Shown here in pieces: positions 49,290 through 58,270 of a stretch of 64,000 nucleotides of DNA. The stretch is from Candidatus Falkowbacteria bacterium. GTDB taxonomy: Bacteria; Patescibacteriota; Patescibacteriia; UBA11705; JABHMO01. Within the stretch, counting starts at the first letter, position 1. Every line of letters begins with the position of its first letter. Both the position numbers and the translations under genes were made by a program. The stretch spans positions 30,683-94,682 of the forward strand of contig JABHAL010000015.1 of assembly GCA_018674305.1 (NCBI GenBank), read 5' to 3'. The notes below the pieces were generated by a model. It saw nothing but the letters and a program-made list of their open reading frames with translations, had not been told where the DNA came from and did not search any database.

Positions 49290-50544
49290 ATGATTTTTGG
49301 TCTTTCTCTAATTCGTATCTATAATAAATATAAGTAGCAACTAAAATAACAAACATTGAAGCCAACATAGCATAAATAACCTGAGTGATTGTTTGATGAA
49401 AGAAAAACAACAAACTAATTTGTAGTAATAAACCTACAACAAATATATATAAAATTTTAAATTTTGAAACTGCCAAAAAATAGCGAGAATAAAGATTGAC
49501 AATTGAAAACATCATCATGGCGATTCCAAATAAACCGATATATTTAGCGATTCCTAAATATTTTGAACCAACTAATACTTTAATAATCAAGGTTGGCCAG
49601 AAAAAATACACTAAAATTATACAAACTGAGGTCAAAACAACCAAGAATAAAGTATTTTTCAGCAAATTCCTCTCACTTCCTTCTTTCTCGGCCCGAGAAA
49701 TCATTGGAAAGACGACTGTAGCTATTACTCCTGTAATAAAAAATATGACCTTGCCGATAATTGAAATCGCTCCATATTGACCAGCTTCCTCTGGTGATAA
49801 AAAATATTTTACTAATAATACGTCTGCATTATAAAATAACCCTAAACACAAAGTAACTACAAACGTCGGCATTAGGTATATTAACATTTCTTTGGAATCT
49901 TTCAATTTTCCGGCTCTGGGCCTGATATATTTACGGATCGGAAATAAGCTGATTAAATACCCAAAAACCGCTGCCAGACTAACACCACCAATCACACCGC
50001 TTAATCCAAATGACAAACAAACAAAGGAAATCGCAAACAAAATCTTCGTTATTACGTTTACAACGCCAAGCCACGACATTGCAAAAAAATTTTCCGTACC
50101 ATTCATTATCCCTTGGTTAACCGCCGACGGAAATGAAGCTAAAAATAAAACTCCGAGAATAACCACCGGCCAAAAACTATCCAATTTTAAGAATCCAGCA
50201 ATTAGCGGACTTGCTGATATAAAAAGGATAAATATGACAAAACTCCAAAATATTAAAACTTTTGTGAATGAATTAAATAACTGAGAAATTTTTTCAGGAT
50301 GATTCTCAGCTTTGAAGTCAGCTGTATATTTAACGATCATGGTAATCAACGTAGCCGCTGGAACAGAAACAATGTACATTAACGAGATCAATGCTTCAAA
50401 CTCTCCAAAAGTCTTGACATCCAACATCCGACTCATAATCAAATGAAATAAAAAACCTCCGGCACTGGCTATCATAGTACCAACAAAATATATAAAACTA
50501 TTGCTAAGCAATTTACTTTTTTTGACTAGCGCAATCGGATTCAT
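49276..50544 (-). CDS. Wzx-like oligosaccharide flippase
   Basis: About 12 TM segments; D..LVK.F...AG.Y motif. Confidence 0.85.
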   Translation of the reverse strand: MNPIALVKKSKLLSNSFIYFVGTMIASAGGFLFHLIMSRMLDVKTFGEFEALISLMYIVSVPAATLITMIVKYTADFKAENHPEKISQLFNSFTKVLIFWSFVIFILFISASPLIAGFLKLDSFWPVVILGVLFLASFPSAVNQGIMNGTENFFAMSWLGVVNVITKILFAISFVCLSFGLSGVIGGVSLAAVFGYLISLFPIRKYIRPRAGKLKDSKEMLIYLMPTFVVTLCLGLFYNADVLLVKYFLSPEEAGQYGAISIIGKVIFFITGVIATVVFPMISRAEKEGSERNLLKNTLFLVVLTSVCIILVYFFWPTLIIKVLVGSKYLGIAKYIGLFGIAMMMFSIVNLYSRYFLAVSKFKILYIFVVGLLLQISLLFFFHQTITQVIYAMLASMFVILVATYIYYRYELEKDQKSYVRQ

Positions 50545-51279
50545 TTAACTATTTTTAATAAATTCAATTATTAATTTCTTCACCCTATCAGCATTTTCCC
50601 TCATTGTGGCAAAAACCATTTCTAGCGTAACGGGCTCTTCACCCTCTTTCCAGCAATCATAATCTGTTGACATAGCAATTGACTCATATGGAATTCCAAG
50701 TTCATTAGCTAAAATTACTTCTGGCACAGTACTCATATTAATTACATCAGCCCCTAAGGCTCTAAACATATGACTTTCAGCTTTTGTTGAAAACCTTGGG
50801 CCCTCAATTGTGACCATAGTCCCCTTTTCGTAAAACGAATAACCCAGGTTATGTGCTATTTTAATTAATTTTTGTCTTAATTCTAAATTAAATGGTTCTG
50901 CCATTGGCGTATGAACTACTGTGTCTTCATGAAATGTTAAATTGCGATGTTTTGTAAAGTCAATAAATTGATCAACAAAAACAAAATCCCCAGGTTTAAT
51001 TTGCTCACGAAGTGAACCACATGCTGTTGTTGCTAAAATATGTGTACAACCTTGATCCTTCAAAGCCATAATATTCGCCCTGTATGGAACTTTGGTTGGC
51101 ATGATCGTATGACCTTTGCCATGTCGAGCAATAATCACAACCTCATGCTGCCCAATTTGACCAGTTGTTAATTTACTTGAAGGTTTACCAAACGATGTTT
51201 CAACCTCAAGTTCTTGATAATTTTCTAGCAACTTCGGGTCGTCAAGACCACTTCCCCCAATGATTCCAAATTTATGCAT
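50545..51279 (-). CDS. mtnP: S-methyl-5'-thioadenosine phosphorylase
   Basis: GIIGGSG, RHG..H..P, EGPRFSTKAES, INMS..PE, TDYDCW; start at MHKF. Confidence 0.93.
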   Translation of the reverse strand: MHKFGIIGGSGLDDPKLLENYQELEVETSFGKPSSKLTTGQIGQHEVVIIARHGKGHTIMPTKVPYRANIMALKDQGCTHILATTACGSLREQIKPGDFVFVDQFIDFTKHRNLTFHEDTVVHTPMAEPFNLELRQKLIKIAHNLGYSFYEKGTMVTIEGPRFSTKAESHMFRALGADVINMSTVPEVILANELGIPYESIAMSTDYDCWKEGEEPVTLEMVFATMRENADRVKKLIIEFIKNS

Positions 51280-51291
51280 ATAGCTCAAAAA

Positions 51292-51323
51292 AGAGATTAA
51301 GTGGATAAGAGACTGAGGACACA
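51292..51323. repeat. Degenerate 8-mer array (AGAGATTA-type), downstream flank of the four-helix gene
   Basis: agagatta agtggata agagactg aggacaca. Confidence 0.55.
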
Positions 51324-51341
51324 AAAATCTAATACCAACTT

Positions 51342-51707
51342 CTAATTAATACGTTTTTTATAGTTTAATATGAATTCATTGATCCCGATAAGCAAACCTG
51401 CATATTCTTTTTCTAATTCTTGATAAACTTCTTCTGAAACATAATTCAACTGAAAAGAAACTAACAAATGACTTCGTGTCTCTTCCAGCTCTCCCCTTGC
51501 AATGTATAAAACTCGAATTTTATCTTTAAAATGAAATCTACCATGACATTCTGCAATATTTGCAATAATTGAATTTGCTGCTCTTCTTAATTGTTGCGTC
51601 AAAGAAAATTTTTCTTCTTTAGGGAAATCTGCTGTAAGTTCATAAATCTGTAATAAAAGCTTATTACCTTTTTGCCATACACGCAACTCCTTAAATGAAA
51701 CTCCCAT
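51342..51707 (-). CDS. Four helix bundle protein (23S rRNA IVP / bAvd-like fold)
   Basis: F..L.VWQ, FPKEE.F.L..Q.RRA..SI.ANIAE, IARG.L.E. Confidence 0.92.
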   Translation of the reverse strand: MGVSFKELRVWQKGNKLLLQIYELTADFPKEEKFSLTQQLRRAANSIIANIAECHGRFHFKDKIRVLYIARGELEETRSHLLVSFQLNYVSEEVYQELEKEYAGLLIGINEFILNYKKRIN

Positions 51708-51728
51708 ATTTAAAATGTAATTTATCTT

Positions 51729-51760
51729 ATTCCTCTCAATCTCTTTATCTCTGAATCTCT
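51729..51760. repeat. Degenerate 8-mer array (nAATCTCT-type), upstream flank of the four-helix gene
   Basis: attcctct caatctct ttatctct gaatctct; reverse complement of the 51292 array type. Confidence 0.65.
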
Positions 51761-51767
51761 ATTCTTA

Positions 51768-52289
51768 TCACTCTGAATCGTACGAAACTAAATGTTTTAA
51801 ATTATATTTTTCAAACTTTTCTCGTCCACCAAGAAACGGAAGGTCAACAATTAAACTTACACCGATAATATCACCACCTAATTTTTCAACCAATTCAATT
51901 GAAGCGCCCAATGTTCCTCCGGTAGCTAATAAATCGTCAACGATTAGAATCTTTTCACCAGGTTTAATTGTGTCTTCATGCATTGTCACTGTATCTGGGC
52001 CATATTCTTTCATGTAAGAAGTTTCAACAGTTTTGTATGGCAACTTACCCTTCTTGCGAACTAAACACACGCCAACGCCCAAATTATAAGCCATAGGTGT
52101 CCCCAAAAGAAATCCTCGTGCATCAAGAACCACAATTTTATCAATCTTTTCATTTTTAAATGGCTCAATCATTTTATCAATCACATAACGAAAAGTTTCG
52201 CCATCTTCAAGCAGAGTGGTTATGTCTTTAAAATTAACACCAGCAATTGGCCAGTCAGGAACTTCGCGGATTTTAGATTTAATGTCCAT
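51768..52289 (-). CDS. apt: Adenine phosphoribosyltransferase
   Basis: PDWP..GV.FKDIT, DARGF, RKKGKLP, VDDLLATGGT. Confidence 0.96.
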   Translation of the reverse strand: MDIKSKIREVPDWPIAGVNFKDITTLLEDGETFRYVIDKMIEPFKNEKIDKIVVLDARGFLLGTPMAYNLGVGVCLVRKKGKLPYKTVETSYMKEYGPDTVTMHEDTIKPGEKILIVDDLLATGGTLGASIELVEKLGGDIIGVSLIVDLPFLGGREKFEKYNLKHLVSYDSE

Positions 52290-52423
52290 AAATTTTATTT
52301 AGTGATTTATCAATGATATTTTATCACAAATAAACACATCAAGGCAAACATAATTCAATTGACAATTGATTAAATTTGTGCAAAAATACAATATTAATGA
52401 ATTTTAACAACTGGAGGAATATA

Positions 52424-53224
52424 ATGAAACTGGCGATCATCTCTGATGTCGGTGGAAATCTTGTTGCCTTGCAAGCACTATTTGCAGACCTACACAAACA
52501 TAAAGTTAATGCGATCTTGTGCCTGGGAAATACTATTGGTTATGGTCCAAACCCACGCGAGTGCTGGGAATTGACCATGGAACGAAGAATGGTTCTCACT
52601 CGCGGCGAAATGGAACATTGGCTTGGTCAAGGCATTTATCCACCAAATCAAACACCACAGAAATATCTTTTTCTGGAATTTACTCAAAAGGCCCTAATCC
52701 AAAAGCAACTGGATCAAATGTCTCAAATGACAAAAGTGAAAAAGATCCCCTTGGACAACAAAAAGGGTACGACTGGTCAATCGTTGCTAATGGGTCACTC
52801 AAGTTTACTTGCGAATGAAGTTGGTCAATCAGTAAATACCACCGGCCGTATCTATACGGAATTTGAAATTCTAGACAAGCACTTTCAAGAAGCTAATATT
52901 CTACTTCTTGGCAACAACACTTTTCCGATCTTTATGTCATCACGGGGTCGGTACGTTGAACGTACCTGCGATAAATTCAATCAACGTCACCATTTGCACA
53001 GTGATCATAAATATCTGATCAACCCTGGTGCAATTGGCCGTCCCATGGATGGACATGTGCTCAACAGTCGAGAGATGATGCCTTTCACCTACGCAATTCT
53101 GACAATTGAAGATAATGACGTCAGTGTTGTTTACTATCGCGTTCACTATGACCCGACTGAACACTTGAAGGCTATGACTGAAAAAGGTTTTCCGCCTGAG
53201 TTCATTCGTAAATTCACAGGTTAA
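52424..53224 (+). CDS. Metallophosphoesterase-fold protein (YfcE-like) with degenerate metal ligands
   Basis: AIISDVGGN, CLGNTIGYGP.P, INPGAIGRP.DG; GGAGG site before ATG 52424. Confidence 0.75.
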   Translation: MKLAIISDVGGNLVALQALFADLHKHKVNAILCLGNTIGYGPNPRECWELTMERRMVLTRGEMEHWLGQGIYPPNQTPQKYLFLEFTQKALIQKQLDQMSQMTKVKKIPLDNKKGTTGQSLLMGHSSLLANEVGQSVNTTGRIYTEFEILDKHFQEANILLLGNNTFPIFMSSRGRYVERTCDKFNQRHHLHSDHKYLINPGAIGRPMDGHVLNSREMMPFTYAILTIEDNDVSVVYYRVHYDPTEHLKAMTEKGFPPEFIRKFTG

Positions 53225-53253
53225 AACAACTACAACGGATCTCACAAGGTCAA

Positions 53254-53287
53254 CTTACCTGCCGAAGCTCAACAGAGCAAAGGCAGG
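53254..53287 (+). repeat. About 30-bp hairpin unit (CGAAG family), probably acting as a terminator
   Basis: cttacctgccgaagctcaacagagcaaaggcagg followed by a T-tract. Confidence 0.65.
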
Positions 53288-53331
53288 TTTTTTATTTTCA
53301 GTTTTCGATGAATGTTTGATTATTCAAGGCC

Positions 53332-53380
53332 TGTGTTTTGTGTTTAATGTTACGTGTTATGTGTTACGTGTCTCGTGATA
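53332..53380. repeat. Degenerate 7-mer tandem array (YGTGTTA x7)
   Basis: tgtgttt tgtgttt aatgtta cgtgtta tgtgtta cgtgtct cgtgata. Confidence 0.75.
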
Positions 53381-53450
53381 ACGACTTGTCCACATTGCTC
53401 AACTAATTTAAAAAGGTTAGAATTAAATAAGAACAGCAATGGAGGAAGTT

Positions 53451-53678
53451 ATGGATGCTGAACTAAAATCCCTTCAAAGTGCGGACTGTCCTTTGCATGG
53501 ATGTCCAGGACTTCTAATGACCAATGGCAGTAAAAAGACATTACAATGCCATGTCTGCAAAACACCCATCTCTTCGGTTGAGGACTGGAGAGACAAAAGC
53601 TCCAATAGTACTCTTCACCAAACGAAAGAGGCTCGACTGAACCGACTAAACTACAAACGCCAACATTGGCTTCCTTAA
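53451..53678 (+). CDS. Small Zn-ribbon-like hypothetical protein
   Basis: CPLHGC...CHVC; GGAGG before ATG 53451; TTGCTC-17-TAGAAT promoter; terminator at 53687-53713. Confidence 0.6.
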   Translation: MDAELKSLQSADCPLHGCPGLLMTNGSKKTLQCHVCKTPISSVEDWRDKSSNSTLHQTKEARLNRLNYKRQHWLP

Positions 53679-53750
53679 ACAAACACAAAGGCGTGAAACA
53701 TCACGCCTTTTTTATTTATCAAAAAAACACCACGTTTTGTGATGTTTTCT

Positions 53751-53825
53751 TGGCAGGGGCGCCAGGACTTGAACCCGGTCTAAAGGTTTTGGAGACCCTT
53801 GTGCTACCATTGACACTACGCCCCC
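53751..53825 (-). tRNA. trnW: tRNA-Trp (CCA)
   Basis: GGGGGCGTAGTGTCAATGGTAGCACAAGGGTCTCCAAAACCTTTAGACCGGGTTCAAGTCCTGGCGCCCCTGCCA folds as a cloverleaf; CCA end is encoded. Confidence 0.95.
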
Positions 53826-53870
53826 ATAAGTGTGTAAACAGAATATCAAAAATTATTCATTTTTACAAGA

Positions 53871-55028
53871 CTACATCGATAGAATCTTTTTGATATATTC
53901 TTCGAGATTATAATTCTTCACTTTTTCTAAACAACGCTCAGACATTTGTATGTACTCCTCCTCGGAAACTGAATCAACCTTAGCCAAAACCTGACTCAAA
54001 GAGCTTTTATCTTTTGCTTGAAAAAGCCAACCTGTCCGCTCAGGTTCAACCAATTCTCCAGCCCCACCAACATCCGCCACAATTACTGGCAAGCCATAGG
54101 CATAGGCTATGGAAATAACTGTTGGTGAATTCTCATAACAAAGACTCGGAACAATTAAATATGATGCCTGAGCAAAGACCTTTTCCAACTGCTCCTTTAT
54201 TAATCGACCATGCAGTTGAACATTGCCTCTTTTTAAATCGGACTTCCCCAAACTTCCATCACCAACAATATGCAATTTACCTTTCTGGGGTTTTTCTTGC
54301 CAAAAATTTACCAGCCATTTAATTCCTTTATGTTTTTCCAATTGGCCGACAAATACATATTCTGAGTTTTTTTGACGCTCAAACTTTTTCTTTAAAACGG
54401 AATCTACTGGATTTCGAATAACCACTTTATGTGAATTAGCAAAAAACGACTTTTTTTCATAAAAGTGTAGTAACCACTTTGAAGGGCTTATCACAACATC
54501 GGGGCTGGCAAATAACCTACGACAAATACTGGTATATATATTAGCAAAGGGTCCTTTTACCATTAAACTATTTTCTTTGCCATGCAAAATCAAACCCGAA
54601 GGAACTGACAATTGAACATCATGCAAAACATGAAAATGCTTTATTTCCAACTTTTTGATTAACTTAGGTAGCAGAAAACTAATTCCCATTAAGTTGTGAG
54701 TGATAACCAATTCTGGTTTTTCGCGAATCAATATTTCTTTAACAACTTTGGAGGCCTTGAAATTGTAAAGATTAATTACTTGCCAAATTAATCGCAAAAC
54801 AAAGTTATATTTCGACGCGTCAGTATAATAAAAAAGATTCAGGGGTCTGAATCGATAAATCTTAACTGAGTTTTCCTCACTAAAACTAGCCTCTTTATTA
54901 GGGTGAGTTGTAATTACAACAACTGAGTGCCCTGAACGTCGAAGGCCCAGCACTGTTTGCTCAACCACGACCTCTGCTCCACCTCTGGCGTATGGTTTAT
55001 ATAGATTGTTGATTAAGCAGATTTTCAT
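53871..55028 (-). CDS. Glycosyltransferase family 4
   Basis: RGGAE, FVGQL..HKG, PSLCYENSP, GLPVI. Confidence 0.9.
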   Translation of the reverse strand: MKICLINNLYKPYARGGAEVVVEQTVLGLRRSGHSVVVITTHPNKEASFSEENSVKIYRFRPLNLFYYTDASKYNFVLRLIWQVINLYNFKASKVVKEILIREKPELVITHNLMGISFLLPKLIKKLEIKHFHVLHDVQLSVPSGLILHGKENSLMVKGPFANIYTSICRRLFASPDVVISPSKWLLHFYEKKSFFANSHKVVIRNPVDSVLKKKFERQKNSEYVFVGQLEKHKGIKWLVNFWQEKPQKGKLHIVGDGSLGKSDLKRGNVQLHGRLIKEQLEKVFAQASYLIVPSLCYENSPTVISIAYAYGLPVIVADVGGAGELVEPERTGWLFQAKDKSSLSQVLAKVDSVSEEEYIQMSERCLEKVKNYNLEEYIKKILSM

Positions 55029-55032
55029 CTTT

Positions 55033-56196
55033 TTATTTAAGCAACTTATAATAAATTTTTTCCAATTTATCAGTCACAACTGACCAACGATATTTCTTTT
55101 CTACTGATTCTAAACCACTTTTTCCAAAGCTTGTAATCTTGTCAGGATTTTGAAATAAGTAATTAATTTTATTTGCAATATCTCTGCTGTTCTTAGGTTC
55201 AACCAATATTCCATTGATGCCTACGTCAACTACCGATCGAACTCCTTTTAAATTTGAAGCAATTAAGGGTTTCCCACAAGCCATAGCTTCAATCAATACA
55301 ATGCCAAAGGCCTCTGAACTGTTAATAGATGGTAAAATAAAAACGTCCCCTAAGTTAAAATACTTAACCATTAAACTAGGTTCAACATAACCTGAAAATT
55401 TGACTTGCTTCTCGAGTCCTAACCTTTTAGACAATTTTTCAAAGTCAGCCTTCAAGTTTCCACCACCAACAATTAAACATTTAATTTGTTCGTCTTCAAT
55501 TTGAGAAAAAGCCTTAATTAGAAAGTTCACTCCCTTAAAATAGTGCGATGCCCCCAGCCCACCAACAAACAATACTATTTTATCATCCGCAGACAGTCCG
55601 TGCAATTTTAGTAATTCATGATCTTTTTGCTCTGGTTTAAACAACTTTGGAACCCCAAAAGGTATCTCAGCAAACTTATCTATATTTTTGAAATAAAAAT
55701 CTTGAATTCTTGAATTTTCAACATAATCTTCCGAAGAAACAATTATTTTGTCAGCTGATGACAATATAAAATCTAGAAAAAAAGTTCGACAGAGAACTTC
55801 GTAAACCTTTCGCCAACCAGTAAGATTAACGTCCATGTGGTAAGTCAAAACCAATTTCATTTTTGAACCACGAAGCTTTTTCAGAATAGCTACAAAAACT
55901 GAACTACCAAACAATGGATAATGAAAATGAACAATATCAAAACTCCACAACCTCCATAATAGCTGGGGTAGAATTGCCCCAAGTCCAATCTTAATAGGAG
56001 TAAATAAGGTTTTTACTTTGTACTTTTTTTCACTGTTCTGTCCTTTGTGTTTAGGCACAAATACGGTGACATCATGCCCTCGTTTAATAAGTTGTTCAGC
56101 ATAAGAGTGAGCAACCATAGCAATACCGCCAGCTCGAGGAGGCAAAAGACATACCACCTGGGCAATTTTCAATTTTGATTTATTCAATGATTCCAT
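55033..56196 (-). CDS. Glycosyltransferase family 4
   Basis: GGI, FVGGL...KG, SEAFGIVLIEAMACGKP. Confidence 0.92.
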   Translation of the reverse strand: MESLNKSKLKIAQVVCLLPPRAGGIAMVAHSYAEQLIKRGHDVTVFVPKHKGQNSEKKYKVKTLFTPIKIGLGAILPQLLWRLWSFDIVHFHYPLFGSSVFVAILKKLRGSKMKLVLTYHMDVNLTGWRKVYEVLCRTFFLDFILSSADKIIVSSEDYVENSRIQDFYFKNIDKFAEIPFGVPKLFKPEQKDHELLKLHGLSADDKIVLFVGGLGASHYFKGVNFLIKAFSQIEDEQIKCLIVGGGNLKADFEKLSKRLGLEKQVKFSGYVEPSLMVKYFNLGDVFILPSINSSEAFGIVLIEAMACGKPLIASNLKGVRSVVDVGINGILVEPKNSRDIANKINYLFQNPDKITSFGKSGLESVEKKYRWSVVTDKLEKIYYKLLK

Positions 56197-56764
56197 CTAT
56201 TTGTTGATTATCATTTATTGCATTCTCTATTATAGCGTTTTGTATTACGTTGTCATTAGATTTTCGTTGATCCTTGATGTATAGTGGCTCACAGCTCTCG
56301 AAAAAATCATCCGCCAAGACTGTGCAAGTATTAATAAAGTATAGTGGCCGCTCTCCTTCAGTAATTGCAAGCTTCTGTTCATCAAAATAATGTTGAATAA
56401 TACACTCACTTTGATCATTTTGTCTCAAAATTTTAATATAAGAATAAGTAATACTTGATTCACTTGTTGCTCCTCTATCACTTATTTCAAGTATGCTTTT
56501 TTGTTCACACTTTTCAAACGCTTCAGTAAAACATTTTTTAATTTGGTCATTTCCGCTTCCCTTGTATTCGTCCGGACCTAATCTTTCATACCAAATCCCA
56601 CAACTCTTTTCTGGTGCATTATAAAAATGTTCGACTGGCATTGCTTCAACAAACCGAAAAGATTTCTCTAGTTGTAACTGAGATCCAGGATAAAGAAACT
56701 TCATGTATAAACCACCCAATACGATAGCAACAATTATAATTGACCAAACAATCTTACTGAACAT
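56180..56764 (-). CDS. Hypothetical membrane-anchored Cys-containing protein
   Basis: N-terminal TM, six Cys, overlaps the next gene as in an operon. Confidence 0.6.
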   Translation of the reverse strand: MFSKIVWSIIIVAIVLGGLYMKFLYPGSQLQLEKSFRFVEAMPVEHFYNAPEKSCGIWYERLGPDEYKGSGNDQIKKCFTEAFEKCEQKSILEISDRGATSESSITYSYIKILRQNDQSECIIQHYFDEQKLAITEGERPLYFINTCTVLADDFFESCEPLYIKDQRKSNDNVIQNAIIENAINDNQQIDGIIE

Positions 56765-56767
56765 AAA

Positions 56768-57847
56768 CTACCAAATAATTATAAATTTCATAAACTTGAA
56801 ATATAGGTCTGTAATTGGATTTCCAACCCATTTTAGCAAAGGATTATTAATCTCCATAAAATCCAAGCGCCCAACCAGCTTAGCAAACAATTCGCCATCT
56901 GACAATGCTCTCTTTTTATGCACTTGTTTTCGACGTTCAAATATATATTTCCAGGTTTTTGGCCTTAAAAAATAAAAATAAATCTTTAATTTACTGTAAA
57001 ATGTGTTATTTAACACCGAGAAAAACAACAAGCCTAAATCCATAACTAACATTATAGGGAAAAGTAATAACAAGGTCAACCACTTATAATAAATTAACAT
57101 TATTAAATAACGATTGCGTTCCATAAAGTAGAACATTCGAACACTGCGGGAAAATTCATATTTATGATAAACTATCGACTTGGTCGCTAAAACTATCTTA
57201 TAACCAGCCAAACGAACTTTTAAACTGACGTCAATGTCATCATGATACATATATAGTTCTTCGTCATAACCAATAATTTTTTCTAGAACTTGTTTTTTTA
57301 TTAAAAATGAACAACCGCTGGCATAACCAGGAATTTCCTTAACAGTAATTCCTGAATCATTAGGCCTATCAACTTCTCCATAACCATCAGTAAAACCAAA
57401 TCCAAGATAATGCAATTTATTCCCTACAGAGTTGATCTTTGGCTGCTTCCATTCAGCTTCAGTTTCTGGATACAAAAATATTTTTGACTGTACCACTCCA
57501 ATTTGACTATCATTCTCAGCAGCTTTGACTAATTCATTTAGCCAATCTTTACCAAACTTAGTATCCATGTTGGCAATGACCACATATTCACAGTCATCAA
57601 GTAAAGCTTGCTTTATTCCCACATTATTTGCGGCGGCGTAATTACCATCATAGCGAGGTAAAATTTTTGCCGTAGGATAGGCTTTACTTATAAAGAGCCT
57701 AGACTCCTGACTTGTTGCATTATCAACTATATAAACGTTAACAAATTGACTGTCATAGGTTTGACCCTCTATACTGGTCTGACATTCAGCCAAATACCGA
57801 TTAACATAATCTTTGTAATTTACTAAAACAATACCAACCTTTTTCAT
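56768..57847 (-). CDS. Glycosyltransferase family 2
   Basis: IVDNA, NYAAANN.G, ANMD, ASGC, MYHDD.D. Confidence 0.88.
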   Translation of the reverse strand: MKKVGIVLVNYKDYVNRYLAECQTSIEGQTYDSQFVNVYIVDNATSQESRLFISKAYPTAKILPRYDGNYAAANNVGIKQALLDDCEYVVIANMDTKFGKDWLNELVKAAENDSQIGVVQSKIFLYPETEAEWKQPKINSVGNKLHYLGFGFTDGYGEVDRPNDSGITVKEIPGYASGCSFLIKKQVLEKIIGYDEELYMYHDDIDVSLKVRLAGYKIVLATKSIVYHKYEFSRSVRMFYFMERNRYLIMLIYYKWLTLLLLFPIMLVMDLGLLFFSVLNNTFYSKLKIYFYFLRPKTWKYIFERRKQVHKKRALSDGELFAKLVGRLDFMEINNPLLKWVGNPITDLYFKFMKFIIIW

Positions 57848-57913
57848 ATAACAATAAGATAAAGGAGTCGGAAGAAAGCTACAAAAGATAACAATAAAAA
57901 TTTTATTATCTTT

Positions 57914-58270
57914 TTATTCTTCATTTTCCTTTGATTCAACTTGTTTAAATGCTTTTTCAATAGCAACTTGCTGAACCACTCGACTTAGTTTTTTTTCGTA
58001 CCTTTGCAGTCGTAAATTATATTTGAAAACAATATAAAACAACAAAACAATTCCTAAATATATAAGTAAATCTACTCCCCGACCAACACCCAAAACAAAA
58101 GCGGCCCACGATAATAATTCCGGAAAGAAATTAATCACTCCTACTGCTCCCCAGAAAAATAGCCAAAGAATAAACAGCCAACTGGACATTTCCTTGTGCA
58201 ACAATCTAATTACTGCCTTTATAACAACAACAATAATTATTATTAATATTAAAAATTGAAATAAAGTCAT
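57914..58270 (-). CDS. DUF2304 family membrane protein
   Basis: W..FW, GVGRG.DL..Y; typical partner of the DPM-synthase-like GT2 next door. Confidence 0.85.
   Translation of the reverse strand: MTLFQFLILIIIIVVVIKAVIRLLHKEMSSWLFILWLFFWGAVGVINFFPELLSWAAFVLGVGRGVDLLIYLGIVLLFYIVFKYNLRLQRYEKKLSRVVQQVAIEKAFKQVESKENEE

Noticed and set aside
51342-51707. Diversity-generating retroelement suggested by the Avd-like fold
   Set aside because: No reverse transcriptase and no TR/VR pair with adenine-specific mismatches seen in the window
53666-53893. 75-aa plus-strand ORF
   Set aside because: Antisense shadow of tRNA-Trp and a terminator
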